Assembly: GCF_006345805.1 (NCBI RefSeq)
Contig: NC_042999.1
Span: forward strand, 139,562,001-139,626,000
Source: Octopus sinensis
Lineage: Eukaryota
DNA: 64,000 nt
Reading direction: 5' to 3'
In this document: piece by piece, positions 52,033-64,000 of the stretch
How positions within the stretch are numbered: position 1 is the stretch's first letter
Layout: each line of letters opens with the position of its first letter
Program-made: the position numbers and the translations under genes
Notes under the pieces: model-generated
What the model saw: only the letters and a program-made list of their open reading frames with translations
The model's database searches: none
Told to the model about the DNA's origin: nothing

Positions 52033-55000
52033 TCAAGTAAAACCATCTGTTTTATATAAACCTGTATTTTTGACATTGGTAACTTGTGTTGATGATAATG
52101 GTAATCTGTCCCCTTCTGCTGTAAAAAGTCCTACAGGATAGACACTTTCACTGCTAACACAAGTCACATTGTTGTCAATTGACTGAGTTGCTACAGTTCG
52201 AGTTAGCGGATTAGAAGAGTCTTCTCTTAAGAGTCTAGATTGAGAACACAGTTTTTCTTCACTATATGACACAGGAGATAAGTCAGAAACTGGAGAACTT
52301 TCAAATACATTAGATTTTAATTTGGGTGATGTTCCATATATCTTATTTATTGTTGCTTTGCTATTTGTGGCATCTGAAAATGGTAAGCTAAAATCTGTAG
52401 TGGACACAGCTATAGAATTCAAGGTAGTGTTCAGAGTCTGAGAACTATCTGAAACTGAACTAGATGTTGAAGCTCTTTTATTCATTTGACCATATTCGTC
52501 GTCATCAGGCCCTACAGGCTCGATTTTTACAGTGGGAAGAATAACAGAACCAAATGGAGAGTTGCTATCCTTAGTGTCCGGAGATGCAGCCTCAATCTTT
52601 TGCTCAAAGAATCTAACTGTATCTTCTTTAAGTTCTGCTAATTCATTTTGAGAAACCTCCCGCTTAATATCCTCAGTAGGAACAGCTGAAACATCAGATG
52701 GCATCTGCCTGCTATCATCAAACGCAGTGACTGTTGAAGCAATTTGCTGACGTGCTCCACTCAGAAGATGAGCATCACACATATTTTGTAAGTCTTTCAT
52801 GTCTAATTGTTTTGCAATGACTTTTAGCTGTTGTAAAATATTAAGATCAAGATCTAATAGTCCAGTATATATGTATTCAACAAAAGCCATTAAAGTTTCT
52901 GTGCTTACTTCAGGAAATTTCACTTCATAAAACTGAGAAGAGATGTATGTACTAATTACTGAGAACAGTTTTGGAGATACAGCAGACAAAACTATTTTAT
53001 GGACCTGAAATAAAGTAAATGATAACAGTATGTTTATAGCTTGCCAACAATAAAATGATACACACTTAAGAAACATGATTATAAAGTGGAAAAATTTACT
53101 ACAAAACCTATTGACTACCAAAAGTGTCAAGCCACTGGAAGTTAATTTAAACTTCACTTATCTCAAAGAGTTATTTCATTAATGCTTTAATTAAATCAAC
53201 TCCATTTACTTTTTCTGTAAAATATTCTATTCCGTATTAGTAAGCAAATGTTTCAGAAAAAGTTATTGTCAATGATGGAATCGTAAAACTAAAGGCTACA
53301 CCTACTTTTGAGAAATACAGAGAGACTAGCTATTTTGACCCTTAATTCGCTCAGGTTTTGGTGGTGGTGTTGTTTTGTGTGTGTTGTCTCCTTTTCCCTC
53401 TCTTCTTTTGTTCGTCTTCTTTGCCAGGTTCTTTTTATTGTCCTCTTCTTTTTCTTATTTAAAAATTTTTTTCTTTGTCTTTATCTTCTTGAAAACTAAA
53501 TTTTCCCCATATTCTTCACAATGGCAACAAAATAGTTGCCGCGAGCGACTTGCAACCCTCCTCACACCATTGCCCGCTCCATTTCCCCCCCCCCCAGTGT
53601 AAATTTTGGTGCCAATCCGACCCCATCTACCGCCACGTAAATCATTCCCATCCCAAAATGAGACAAATAACCAAGAAATCAAACAACTTTTTTGCATTTC
53701 AGCTTTTTAGATATTGAAGTAGAAGAAAGAATATCTTGATATTAAGCACATTAGACATTATGCATAAATTTTTGGACTTACAAGCAAAAGTCTTTGCTTA
53801 TCATGATGATGACATTAGAAACAGTCTATAGATGTGAAAAAGTTTACAACTGTATACTTACCATCACAGTAGATGAGCCATTGCTAATACTAGCATCACA
53901 TAATTTTCTACTTCTCCACATAGATGCTAGGTTAGACATCACATAACGGTGATGACTAGTAACTAGCAATTTTTGTTTCGGTAAATCTGTTTTTCTAATT
54001 ATTGATTTAGATACAGTTGTTTGATTTGGATCTTTCACCAGCTTTGATTTGGATGGAGTTATTTGAAATGGTGAAGTCAACACCTGAGCTGGCTTTGTAA
54101 TATTTTGCGATGCTTGTGCTAAACTTGAATCTTGCTGGACTGGCATTTTAGTTGGATGTACACATTTTGAAGTCTTTGGAGATGATAAAGCACTGTCCAT
54201 TTGCCTAAAATGAAAATTTGCAATTAATTCAGAAGAAATGTATAAGAGAAAAATAGCAACTCAACAGCATTGTCAAAATACCATTTTAGTCATCACATAC
54301 CATCTGTCATGTGATTGTTGATTTCTTAACATTTGATTCTGGTGTTGCTTCTTCAAGTGTTGCTCCTCAAGGTGCTGTATTTTGTTCTTTTTTTCCTGTA
54401 TCATTTTTATCTGAGTGTTGAGGAAGTGAGGCATGATCAAAGAAAGAAATAAAAAGATAAAAGACTAATGAATTCATTTAAATGGAAATAATTGAGACTG
54501 TGATGAATGGATAAGTTATTTTAATGAAAATGTCAATGATAACTGAAAATTCTTGTTTATAAGGCTGACAAATAATGCTTAATTCCCATATTGAAACTTC
54601 CACTAAGAAAAAATGAAATCTGTTAGCCACATAAGTATATGGTAAATCCACAAAAGCATTCAAAATCAATCAGAACAGAGAATCTCTACAGAATTCCAAA
54701 ACTGAAATGAGAATGGAGCTGCATGTTATACTTATTCTATTCTGAAATCTGACATGGTGGTAGATTGTTGTAATTTGACTTCAACATCAAATATATAGTA
54801 ACTGCTGCCACAATTCACACAAGACTTTCTCTGGTAGATTTTCTGCAGAAAATTTTTCAACATTATAATTCCTGATTGAGTTTACAATTGATTTAACAGT
54901 AGCTTCATTAAATTTGTATTTTTATCATATACATTGATTCCAAAGTTATATTCAGTTTATAATGGATAGTGATTCCTCAACACTGTATAGTGTACATGAT

Positions 55001-55655
55001 ACTGTATTGCAGGTGTGTATTTCTTTGGTGCTGATAATACCAGATAATGAAGTACTGAGCACACTAAGTTACTTGACCTGCCTGCTGATGTTTATCGATT
55101 GCACAGCTCCTAAACCTGATATGGAGATTCAATGAAGCATACAAAGTATGACTGAGCCTTAATTCATGATTTTGTTCAGGTGCAAGGCGAGGCTGGCAAT
55201 GGCCATGATCGGTCGGTGCCAATTCTTAATGAAAATTGTGGAGAGGCTGTAATACTAAAAGTTGACATCACAAGAAACTTCATATCATAAACCTTCTTAA
55301 TACATTTATCCTACATATATCCTTGGTCGCTGAAATTAATTGCAATATTAATGACCTCGCATATAAATTCCATAAGCAGATCTTTGTTATATTTCTCCTA
55401 TTGGTGTGTGATGCTTAAGAATGTATGCCTGATATCTACCTTGAGAGTTGCACGATAAGCTCTTGTCCTCTGTTTCTTAGCTTCTAATCTTGCCTGCCTT
55501 TGTTCCACTGTTTCTGTCTGCCGACGAACCAATTGTCTTTGCCTATGATTTTGTAATCTTAATTGCCTTTCTTCTGTGGTTTCCCTTTGACGTTTTTCTC
55601 TTGCCCTCCTAGCTTCTTTGGTGAGACTGCTCAGTGATGATCGTTTGGGGCGCAT
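52033..55655 (-). CDS. Unit E: repeat(STPR-like)-BTB/POZ protein, 4 coding exons (55655-55440, 54410-54301, 54204-53862, 53004-52033), 546 aa
   Basis: GT/AG junctions with phases 0,2,0; 1641 nt open; BTB signature conserved. Confidence 0.8.
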
Positions 55656-56884
55656 AATTTCATAACACTAGAAAAAAAATTTCCTTTTTTAAGAGAACAT
55701 TGACACACATTTTCTAGATATCTAAAAAAAATTAGTACGATATCTTTTAATCAGAATGTTACAAACAACAAATTATACCAATAATTCTTTCCTAATTATG
55801 TCTACAGAGAACTAGTATTTATATGGAGATTGCATCTGAAATATTAGTGTATGGTCTTCACTTTATACCTTATTGCTCTTTAGAAAGGCAGTGTAAGGGA
55901 TTAGGTCCCCTTGAACACTATTATAAATTCGCCACATTACTTGCGATTTCACATCATATATGCTGACTCACATTGGATTCAAAATCTGAACTGAATTTCT
56001 GTATATATATATGATGAAGCTTCTTTGCTACAATCAACACGAGAAAATAATTAAAATATGATCTTAAACCCTGCTGAGATTGACCCATACCAATTTGTGA
56101 TTTTGTATCAGACTGGACTACCCATGACCCGTTGGGTCACCTGGACAGTCGGAGTTTTCTAGCAACGGATTTGTGTTTCATGGCTTTTTTTCTTCTCCAG
56201 TCTATTTTGCATGCTTTCAACGAATGTGACATATCGTAATCATGCATAAATGATTCCTTTATTCAGAAAAGGAAAGACTTCGCTGCAATTTCTTGCATGC
56301 CCTGGTATCACATAACAAGTATTTCGAGTCCTGTATCGCAAAAAGCTGTCAGTTATAGTACACACATACACACAAGAACAAGCACGCAGTTGACAAGACT
56401 TCCTCATGGAAACTAACGAATATTTTGTTTTCATTCAGTAATACAAAAGAAAAATTAAGATACAATATACTATTTCTGAGATTGTAAAATCCCACATGCG
56501 GTTAATAGAGAATACATAAAAGTATAACTATTCTTAAAGAAAACCACTGATCTGAACTTCAAACACCAATGATACAGTCATGGGTAACAGCAATGGAGAA
56601 GCCTTCCAGGTAGCAAAGGATTCCAATTCTACAGTGCTTAGATCTCATCTTTCTTTGGCAACTTCAAGGCAGCAGCACTGCCACCACCACTGTTATTGTT
56701 AAATCACCCAACTCCTAGTAGTACAGCGGTAATAGAAGATGCAGTTATCTTTCAAAATCATGATGATACATATATCAAGGAAATATAAACCTTCTGCCTA
56801 AACAATACATCCTTAACGCGAAAACCCTAACACTAACTACAAAAATTTTTGGAAACTTTTTTCAGAATCATAATCAGTGTGTGT

Positions 56885-57196
56885 GTGTGGCACGTAAAAA
56901 GCACCCACTACACTCACGGAGTGGTTGGCGTTAGAAAGAGCATCCAGCTGTAGAAACTGCCAGATCCGACTGGAGCTAGGTGCAGCCTTCTGGCTTCCCA
57001 GATCCGCGGTCGAACCGTCCAACCCATGCTAGCATGGAGAACGGACGCTAAACGATGACGATATATGTATATATATATACATATATATATATATATACAT
57101 ATGTATATATATATATATAATATATATATATATATAATACATATATATATATATATATATATAATACATATATATATATATAATATATATACATAC

Positions 57197-57235
<39 letters not shown>

Positions 57236-57449
57236 TATGCATATATCATCATCATCATCATCATCATCGTTTAACGTCCGCTTTCCATGCTAGCATGGGT
57301 TGGACGGTTCAACTGGGGTCTGGCAAGCCCGAAGGCTGCACCAGGCCAGTCAGATCTGGCAGTGTTTCTACAGCACCAGATATATGTATGTATATATATA
57401 TATGCATATATATGTATGTATATATATGCATATATATGTATATATATAC

Positions 57450-57497
<48 letters not shown>

Positions 57498-57725
57498 CAC
57501 GTACTGTGCTGGTGGCACGCACTGTGCCGGTGGCATGTAAAAAGCACCCACTACACTCACGGAGTGGTTGGCATTAGGAAGGGCATCCGGCCGTAGAAAC
57601 ATTGCCAGATCAGACTGTGTCTGGTCTGGTGCAGCCTTCTGGCTTCCCAGACCCCAGTTGAACCGTCCAACCCATGCTAGTATGGAAAGCGGACGCTAAA
57701 CGATGATGATGATGATGATGATGAT
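56885..57725. repeat. Cluster of three RTE-3'-derived SINE copies in alternating orientation, separated by (TA)n and (CAT)n microsatellites
   Basis: Copies at ~56890-57060 (+), 57246-57372 (-) and 57525-57725 (+); long TA-rich runs between them. Confidence 0.85.
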
Positions 57726-58224
57726 ATATATGTATATATATCAATAATACAGTAATTGTTTCTTATCAGGAACAAAATGTTTAATAGGACTGCTATAGAA
57801 GTGCTCAATTAAATGAGACAAATATATTAAACTGTGGTTGCAGAACAAACAAATACAAGGTCATCCACGTAACATTTCATATCTCGAACATTTAATCACA
57901 TAATGCTTTTTCTTTCACATAGAATATACATGTATAACATCACGGAAGATGAAACACAACTCATCAGTACAAGCATATAAGAAAATACAAGAAAAATGCG
58001 TGAATATAGTTCATCTCGGTTAAAAGTTAACGCTTAATATTTTAGCAATTAAGAAATATATATTTTTTAAAAAACATTACAACACCTAGAATAATAAAAA
58101 TATAAGAAATATATAGATATATAAAAATACATATATAAGTATAGGAAGCATATAAATAAGTAATATATAATATATAAGGTCAGATAAAAGTTCATTGTTT
58201 AGAAAAATTTTTTCCGATTCAAAA

Positions 58225-59804
58225 TTACTTTTCAGATAAGGCAAACCTATAGTTAAAAGCCAGTGTCCAAGCAAAAATGAAGAAAACATATTTACATTCC
58301 CTATGGCCATAGGGAATGTAAATACGGTGGAGGTGACTACAGCAGTTGTTTCGGGTCATAAATCTGTATGAGTAGAAGTCCATGCAGGATATTGGCTTGT
58401 TGAGATGTTCATTAAGATTTTGAGGATGTTGCTGTAGTAGACCGATGTGGTAGCCATCCTCACCGTTAATAAACAGAAGTGGGTATTGGAGTAAATCATA
58501 TGATCTGTGTGTTTCACTAATTCGTTGGAGGGTGGTGTCACGTCGCCTGAGGACAATGTCTCTGGGATTGTGCTGTTCACCGTGAAGGAATACAGCTATT
58601 TCATTGCATGTGGGTGCATTGTAATGGCCTGCATGTTCCCTAGATGGTCTTTTCTGGGCATCAATGATAACATTAAAATTTGATGAATCTTCAGTTTCCA
58701 AGGTATACTTGAAGATGTGTACGTAGCTGTTTTTCTGGTGCAAAAGGTCTTGCAGTTGCATTATCAAGTGAAAGTTAGTACCTGTGGAAATGGAATTTCG
58801 TTGGGTGGCTTGCTCATGTAAATTACCTACAAAGTACAGTTGAAGGAATTGAGGATCTTGATTTTCAGCAGGTTTGAGTGATCCTATCCTATGGTAAACC
58901 TGTCCCTGAACTTTGAAAGTTGGCATAAACCCGCCTTCTTGAACAACATTAGCGCCGAAAGATGTCATTTGGAATGCACAATTGTACTTCCGGATGTTAT
59001 TCAGGAAATGTAGTTGTGCCAGTGTAGAGTGACTTTAAGAGCTGTGGTGGATCCTGCAGTGGATCCATTAGTGCAACACATTGCAGGAGTTTCTCTTGAC
59101 CACTTCTTAGCATTGCAGAAAGAGCAAGTGATGGACATATTGCCAATGTTCATATCTAGGTGGCAATCATAATGAAGGTTAGGGTTGTATTGGAAAGCCT
59201 TTAATAACCATCGTTAGCTGCATGGCGTTGAAAATCCTCGTCTATGAGCTCTTTGTTGAGTTGAAGTCTGCAGCATAGTACATCTCTGTTGTAAGGTGTA
59301 GGAAGCTTGCGCAGCAGCCATGTTGGCAGCATTCCTGAGCAGACGTGTAGTGCGTTCGTTTTTCTTCTCTGCAGCTTGTGCAGCAGCAGTTGAGGAAGCA
59401 TCAGCAGTTCGTCGAACTTTACGCTGGAGTTCTGTTTCTGCAGCTTGTGCAGCAGCGGTTGAGGCAGCATCAGCAGTTCGTCGAACTTTACACTGGAGTT
59501 CATTTTCTGCAGCTAGCGCAGCAGCAGTTCATCGAACTTTACGCTGGAGTTCATTTTCTGCAGCTAGTGCAGCAGCAGTTCGTCGAACTTTACGCTGGAG
59601 TTCATTTTCTGCAGCTCGCACAGCAGCAGTTCGTCGAAGTTTACGCTGGTGATCTTTTTGAAGTGCTCTTGAATTGGCAGTACGTCGAGCATTTTGTGAT
59701 CGTCTAATGTAAGTTTCGGCTGACGATTCATTGGCCCTCCTTGCTGATGTTCTTGCAGCTTTCGCAGTTTTGCATCCAATTGAAGAAGTCTTCCTTCGGG
59801 GCAT
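58225..59804 (-). mobile_element. Helitron Rep-helicase N-terminal portion (pseudogenised) with tandem peptide repeats
   Basis: MPRRKTSSIGCKT..., 51-bp and 69-bp coding repeats, AFQYNP...CSFCNAKKWSRETPAMCC, FQMTSFGA...FKVQGQVYHRIGSL, HRSYDLLQYPLLF, FYSYRFM. Confidence 0.92.
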
Positions 59805-60239
59805 GATCTAAAAGAAGCATGATGAAATGCAGTGAGATACACTGTGAAGTATGAAATATTAATTGAAGGGTTAGTATGTAACTGTAGAGCAGTTGAAAAC
59901 TTGCAACTGCTGCGGTAATAATGAAGTGGTAGTAAGTAGAACGGTAAATGTATAAAATTAGATGATATTAGTGTTATGAAATGAAAATGAGAATGGAAAC
60001 AGTTGTGAAAAGGAAGGCGAGAAAAATGGTAAGAGCAAAGGAGAAATTGTTTATGAATTGCGTTGAGAATGTTGTCGTTAGTGTGAACATGAAGTGAGGG
60101 TGTTGTTTGTCAATGTATGGCTGCTTTGTCGTATAGATTGGATAGGAAAAGGGTTAATGAAAGAGCAAGTGGATGAGTTGCTTAGGTTTGTTTAGTGGTG
60201 CTAGTGGGGCAGAAACTGCCGTTGATGCTGCATGTAAGT

Positions 60240-61850
60240 GTAGGAATGGTTAAAGGTAAGTTGGTAGGTCTGCAGGTCCCCAGAAAGGAAGAAGAAAAAA
60301 CAGTCACGTGAAATTTAAATGCGTGCATTGGCACACATTTCAGTAATGAAAACTGAAAGAAAGTTTGAGTGTTTTTGGTCGTTGTGAAGTCTCCTGTTCC
60401 GCTAATCTTAATGTAAGAAATTGAAAAGAATTGAAAATGTAAGAAATTGACTGAAGAAATGTAAAAGATTGCTCGGCGTCCACATTACGGAAGAAGTATG
60501 GAAATATTTAGAAATAAGTGAAAATGTAAAAATGAGGAGTAGGGACAGGGAATTGAAAATGATTGCATAATTGGAATGTCCGTGATGGGAAACATATGAA
60601 TCCACTGGAAAAGAAAGAAAGAAGGGTTTGAGGGTTGATATGCAGGTGTGCTTATAAACATTAACCAATGTGGCTGTTATTTGTAGCATGTCATGCTACC
60701 AGTGGACAAGTATTTGCGAGAAGCCATTACGTGGTAGCAGCACGTGCAAGAAATAGCAGTGAAATATTTCATATTTTCTTAGTGAAATGAGTGTATGAAT
60801 GATTGTAGGTAAGTTAGTAGGTCTGCATGCCTGCATTATTGAAGAAGTGCAGAAGTATCGATAAACTTTATTGCGTGCGCCAGCATACGTTTCAGTAAGG
60901 AGAAGGGGGAAAAGTGGGAGTGTTTTCGCTCAGGATCAAGTACCGTGTTACCCTGTTCTTAATGAAAGAAATTCAAAAGAAATTAAAATGTAAGAAATTG
61001 ATTGAAGAAATGTAAAAGATTGCTCGGCGCCCGCATTATGGAAAAAGTATGGAATTATTTGGAAAGATGTGAAAATGTATAAAGGAGGAGTATGAACAGG
61101 GAATTGAAAATGATTGCATAATTGGAATGTCCGTGATGGGAAACATGAGTCCGCTGGAAAAGAAAGAAAGAGAAACTGTGGGAGTTTATATGCAGGTGTA
61201 CTTATAAACATTAACCAATGTGGCTGTTATTTGTAGCACGTCGTGCTACCAGTGAACAGGTATTTGCGAGAAGCCGTTACATGGTAGAATCACGTGCTAG
61301 AAATAGCAGTGAAATGTTTCATATTTCGTTATTGAAATGTGTGTAGGAATGATTGTAGGTAAGTTAGTGGGTCTGCAGGCCCGCATAATTAAAGAAGGGC
61401 AAAAATATAGGGAACGCGTTTCAATAAGGAGAACGGGAAAGACTGGGAGTGTTTTCGCTTGGTAGGAAGTACCGTGTTCCCCTATTTTTAATGATGAAGT
61501 TGAAAAGAAATGAAACGGTAATAAATTGACTGCAGAAATGTAAAAGATTGCTGGGCACCCGCATTAGGGAAGAAGTATGGAATTATTTTGAAAGAAATGA
61601 ACATGTAAAAATGAGGAGTGAATTGAAAATGATTGCATAATTGGAATGCCCTTAACGGAAAATATGAATCCGCTGCAAAAGAAAGAAAAGTGTTTGGAAT
61701 TGATATGCAGGTGTACTTGTAAACATTAACGGATTTGGTTGGTATTTGTAACACGTCATGGTACCAGCGAACAGCTATTTGTGTAAATCCGTTATGTGGT
61801 AGCAGCATGTGATAGAAATAGCAGTGAAATGTTTTATATTGATGCAATTT
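60240..61850. repeat. Three diverged tandem copies of a ~550-bp unit in the Helitron upstream region
   Basis: 'aggtaagtt(g/a)gt(a/g)ggtctgca' recurs at ~60254, 60807 and 61357, with shared internal motifs. Confidence 0.8.
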
Positions 61851-62007
61851 ACAAAGAAGAAATGTTACATACCGATATCCGGAAAATGAATGAATGTGCT
61901 TTAGTTGATCAGTCTTGCTTTGATAGAGCAATGGTGAGAATGAGAAAATGAGAGAAATAGTAATACGAAAGGACAGAGTGATTATGAATCGTGTTGCAAA
62001 TATTATT

Positions 62008-62358
62008 TGGCTGGAAATGAATTCTGTCATATTTATAAGAAAGCAGAGAGCTAGAAGGATGAAGGTATCAGTGGTGTGGGGTTGTTTGAATTGTCCGGAC
62101 ACTATGAAGGTTAGAGGTGAAGTGGATGACAATATAATTCACTTGATAAGGTAGCATCTGGTAAATATCTGTTACCATGGCTGGAAACGAATTTTGTCGT
62201 ATTTATAAGAAAGCAGACAGTTAGAAGGATGAAGGTATTAGTGGTGGTATAGTGGTGTGGGGTCGTTTGAATTGTCCATACGCTATGAAGGTTAGAGGTG
62301 AAGTGGATGACAATATACTTCACTTGATAAGGTAGCATGTGGTAAATATCTGTTACCA
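62008..62358. repeat. Two tandem copies of a ~170-180-bp unit
   Basis: 'tggctggaaa...ggtaaatatctgttaccat' repeated. Confidence 0.8.
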
Positions 62359-64000
62359 TCATCCATTGTCCTGTAGTGAGAAGTAAGTTTTATTTCCCTA
62401 TGTTGAGAATGAAATGAGAATGAGATGTAAGGGGACAATGTTTTTGAGATTCCGGTTTGAATGTAAGGAAGGTTTGAAAGTGTTCCCAACAGTTATTAGT
62501 TGTAGTGGTAGAGTGTTTATGCCGAATATGTACGTATGCAAGTATATATATGTATGTGTGCCTGTATATATGTACAAAATCCACTGAGAAGGCTTTTGTT
62601 GGTCTGAGGCTACAGCAGAAGACACATACCAAGTCACCACACAGTGGGACTGAACCCAGGACCATGTGTTTGGAACGTAGTTTGTTACCACACAGCCACA
62701 CCTGCCCCTATGTATGTGTGTGTGTGCTTACATGTGTATGGGTAGATATATTATGCATGTATATATGTGTATATATATGTGTACATATTACATGTACATC
62801 TATATATATACATGTACACATAAAATACAAAATACAAAGTTATATCTTGATATCGCTAGTGATAACAATACTCAAAATATATAACAGACTGGAATTGTAG
62901 GCCCGTGTCTTGCAATTTCGATCAATTGGATCTTGTCCTCCCTCTTGTATAGAAGTGTGGCTACAATCCAGCCTACCTCTACTTCTGGGGGTGGGGGTGG
63001 CATTTTAAATTTTTATCCAGGACGTCCTACGTCCCAGATATAAAGGTAAAAATAAAATATTTCCACTTTGCAAGGTTTGAGTCAAGTACTCTCTTGCACA
63101 CTCCGTTGACTCGAACCTTGCTTCTATTGTGGCGAATTTACCGCCTCTGGTTAGATATCTTTCATAGTTGCACCACTTTTCGATGGTGCTTTCCTCCAGG
63201 TGTTCAAATCTTTTATTTTTCTCTATATTGTATACTTTATAGACAATAGTCTTTTCATTAATTTAATTTTTTATTTCGTTTGGTGGTGTTATCCTAGATT
63301 CACCGTCTTTGTCGGTGATCAATCCGTATTTCTTCCATTTTAATTTCAATGAGTTTGTGCCCGCAGATGGCTGCAGCGAAATTCATTTTTGGACTTTCTT
63401 CTATCGAAGGCATTCTAATGAAAATGCTTCCGTGTAAATGGTGAAAATATTGTCAATTTCCCCAAACAGGGACACAATTCAATTTTTAAACAATAACCAA
63501 AGCTCCTTCTCCCAAAGGGGGAGGGTTACAGTTTACAATTATTCAACAAATGCAACACAACAATGTTTCCTTTACGAGGAACCAACAAACGTGATAACAA
63601 TAGTTAAACAGTAATAATAATAACAACAAACCTTACGATGAGTCAGAAAGCAGTAAGCAGTTGAAGTTCTTTATGTATAAGAAATAAACCAATAGGAGCG
63701 GCTGTTCGAGAAAACAGATATTACATACAGCCAAACTTCATATAGATACTTAATGCTTGCTAATTAGCAGATAATCTAATGTAAAAGCCGTGGTAAAGGG
63801 TATTGCACACCTCCATCTGGACTATTCCATTTCTGCATGCTAATTTTATTTTTAATTTATTCCCATTCATGTGAAACCACTTATTCAAGTTCAAGTCATT
63901 GATGCAATTTTATACCAATTGCTATTTTTACTTTTGTTATGTTACGATTATATTATACTTTAGTTTGATTTTAATTATTACTTACTACATATAATTCAAT

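Noticed and set aside
56914-57602. Multiple Ile/Tyr-rich ORFs (also ~44086-44331 and 45167-45639)
   Set aside because: Artefacts of (TA)n microsatellites and AT-rich sequence.
59370-59650. CRISPR-like regularly spaced repeats
   Set aside because: These are contiguous 51/69-bp coding repeats in a Helitron ORF, with no unique spacers or cas genes, in a eukaryotic context.
62900-63450. Possible further retroelement remnant
   Set aside because: I could not recognise a diagnostic motif, so it is left unannotated.

Overview
AT-rich, intron-containing animal genomic DNA. The SINE/RTE repertoire and (CAT)n/(TA)n microsatellites suggest a cephalopod, probably Octopus; this is inferred, not verified. 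The backbone is a tandem array of at least five paralogous minus-strand gene units (A-E, ~11-20 kb period). I reconstructed the splicing by hand using GT/AG sites and codon phase. The model is a putative non-coding first exon, then an exon encoding Arg/Glu-rich 23-aa 'ETxEERxxRL' (STPR-like) repeats, a ~100-bp linker exon, an exon carrying the start of a BTB/POZ domain, and a large terminal exon with the rest of the BTB and a Ser/Thr-rich tail. There are no zinc fingers, BACK or Kelch repeats. Units B, C and E give uninterrupted ORFs (667, 547 and 546 aa). Unit D has lost the repeat exon, and unit A runs off the left edge. The repeat exon resembles the N-terminal exon of Helitron Rep-helicase elements in the same window, so the array looks like an expanding family built from a domesticated Helitron repeat module fused to BTB. 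The intervals are packed with decayed TEs: Helitrons, two mariners with TA TSDs, a pogo-like relic, GG..CC MITEs with 8-bp TSDs, RTE and CRE-like LINEs, and SINEs. One RTE LINE carries an embedded 5'ETS-18S rRNA fragment.
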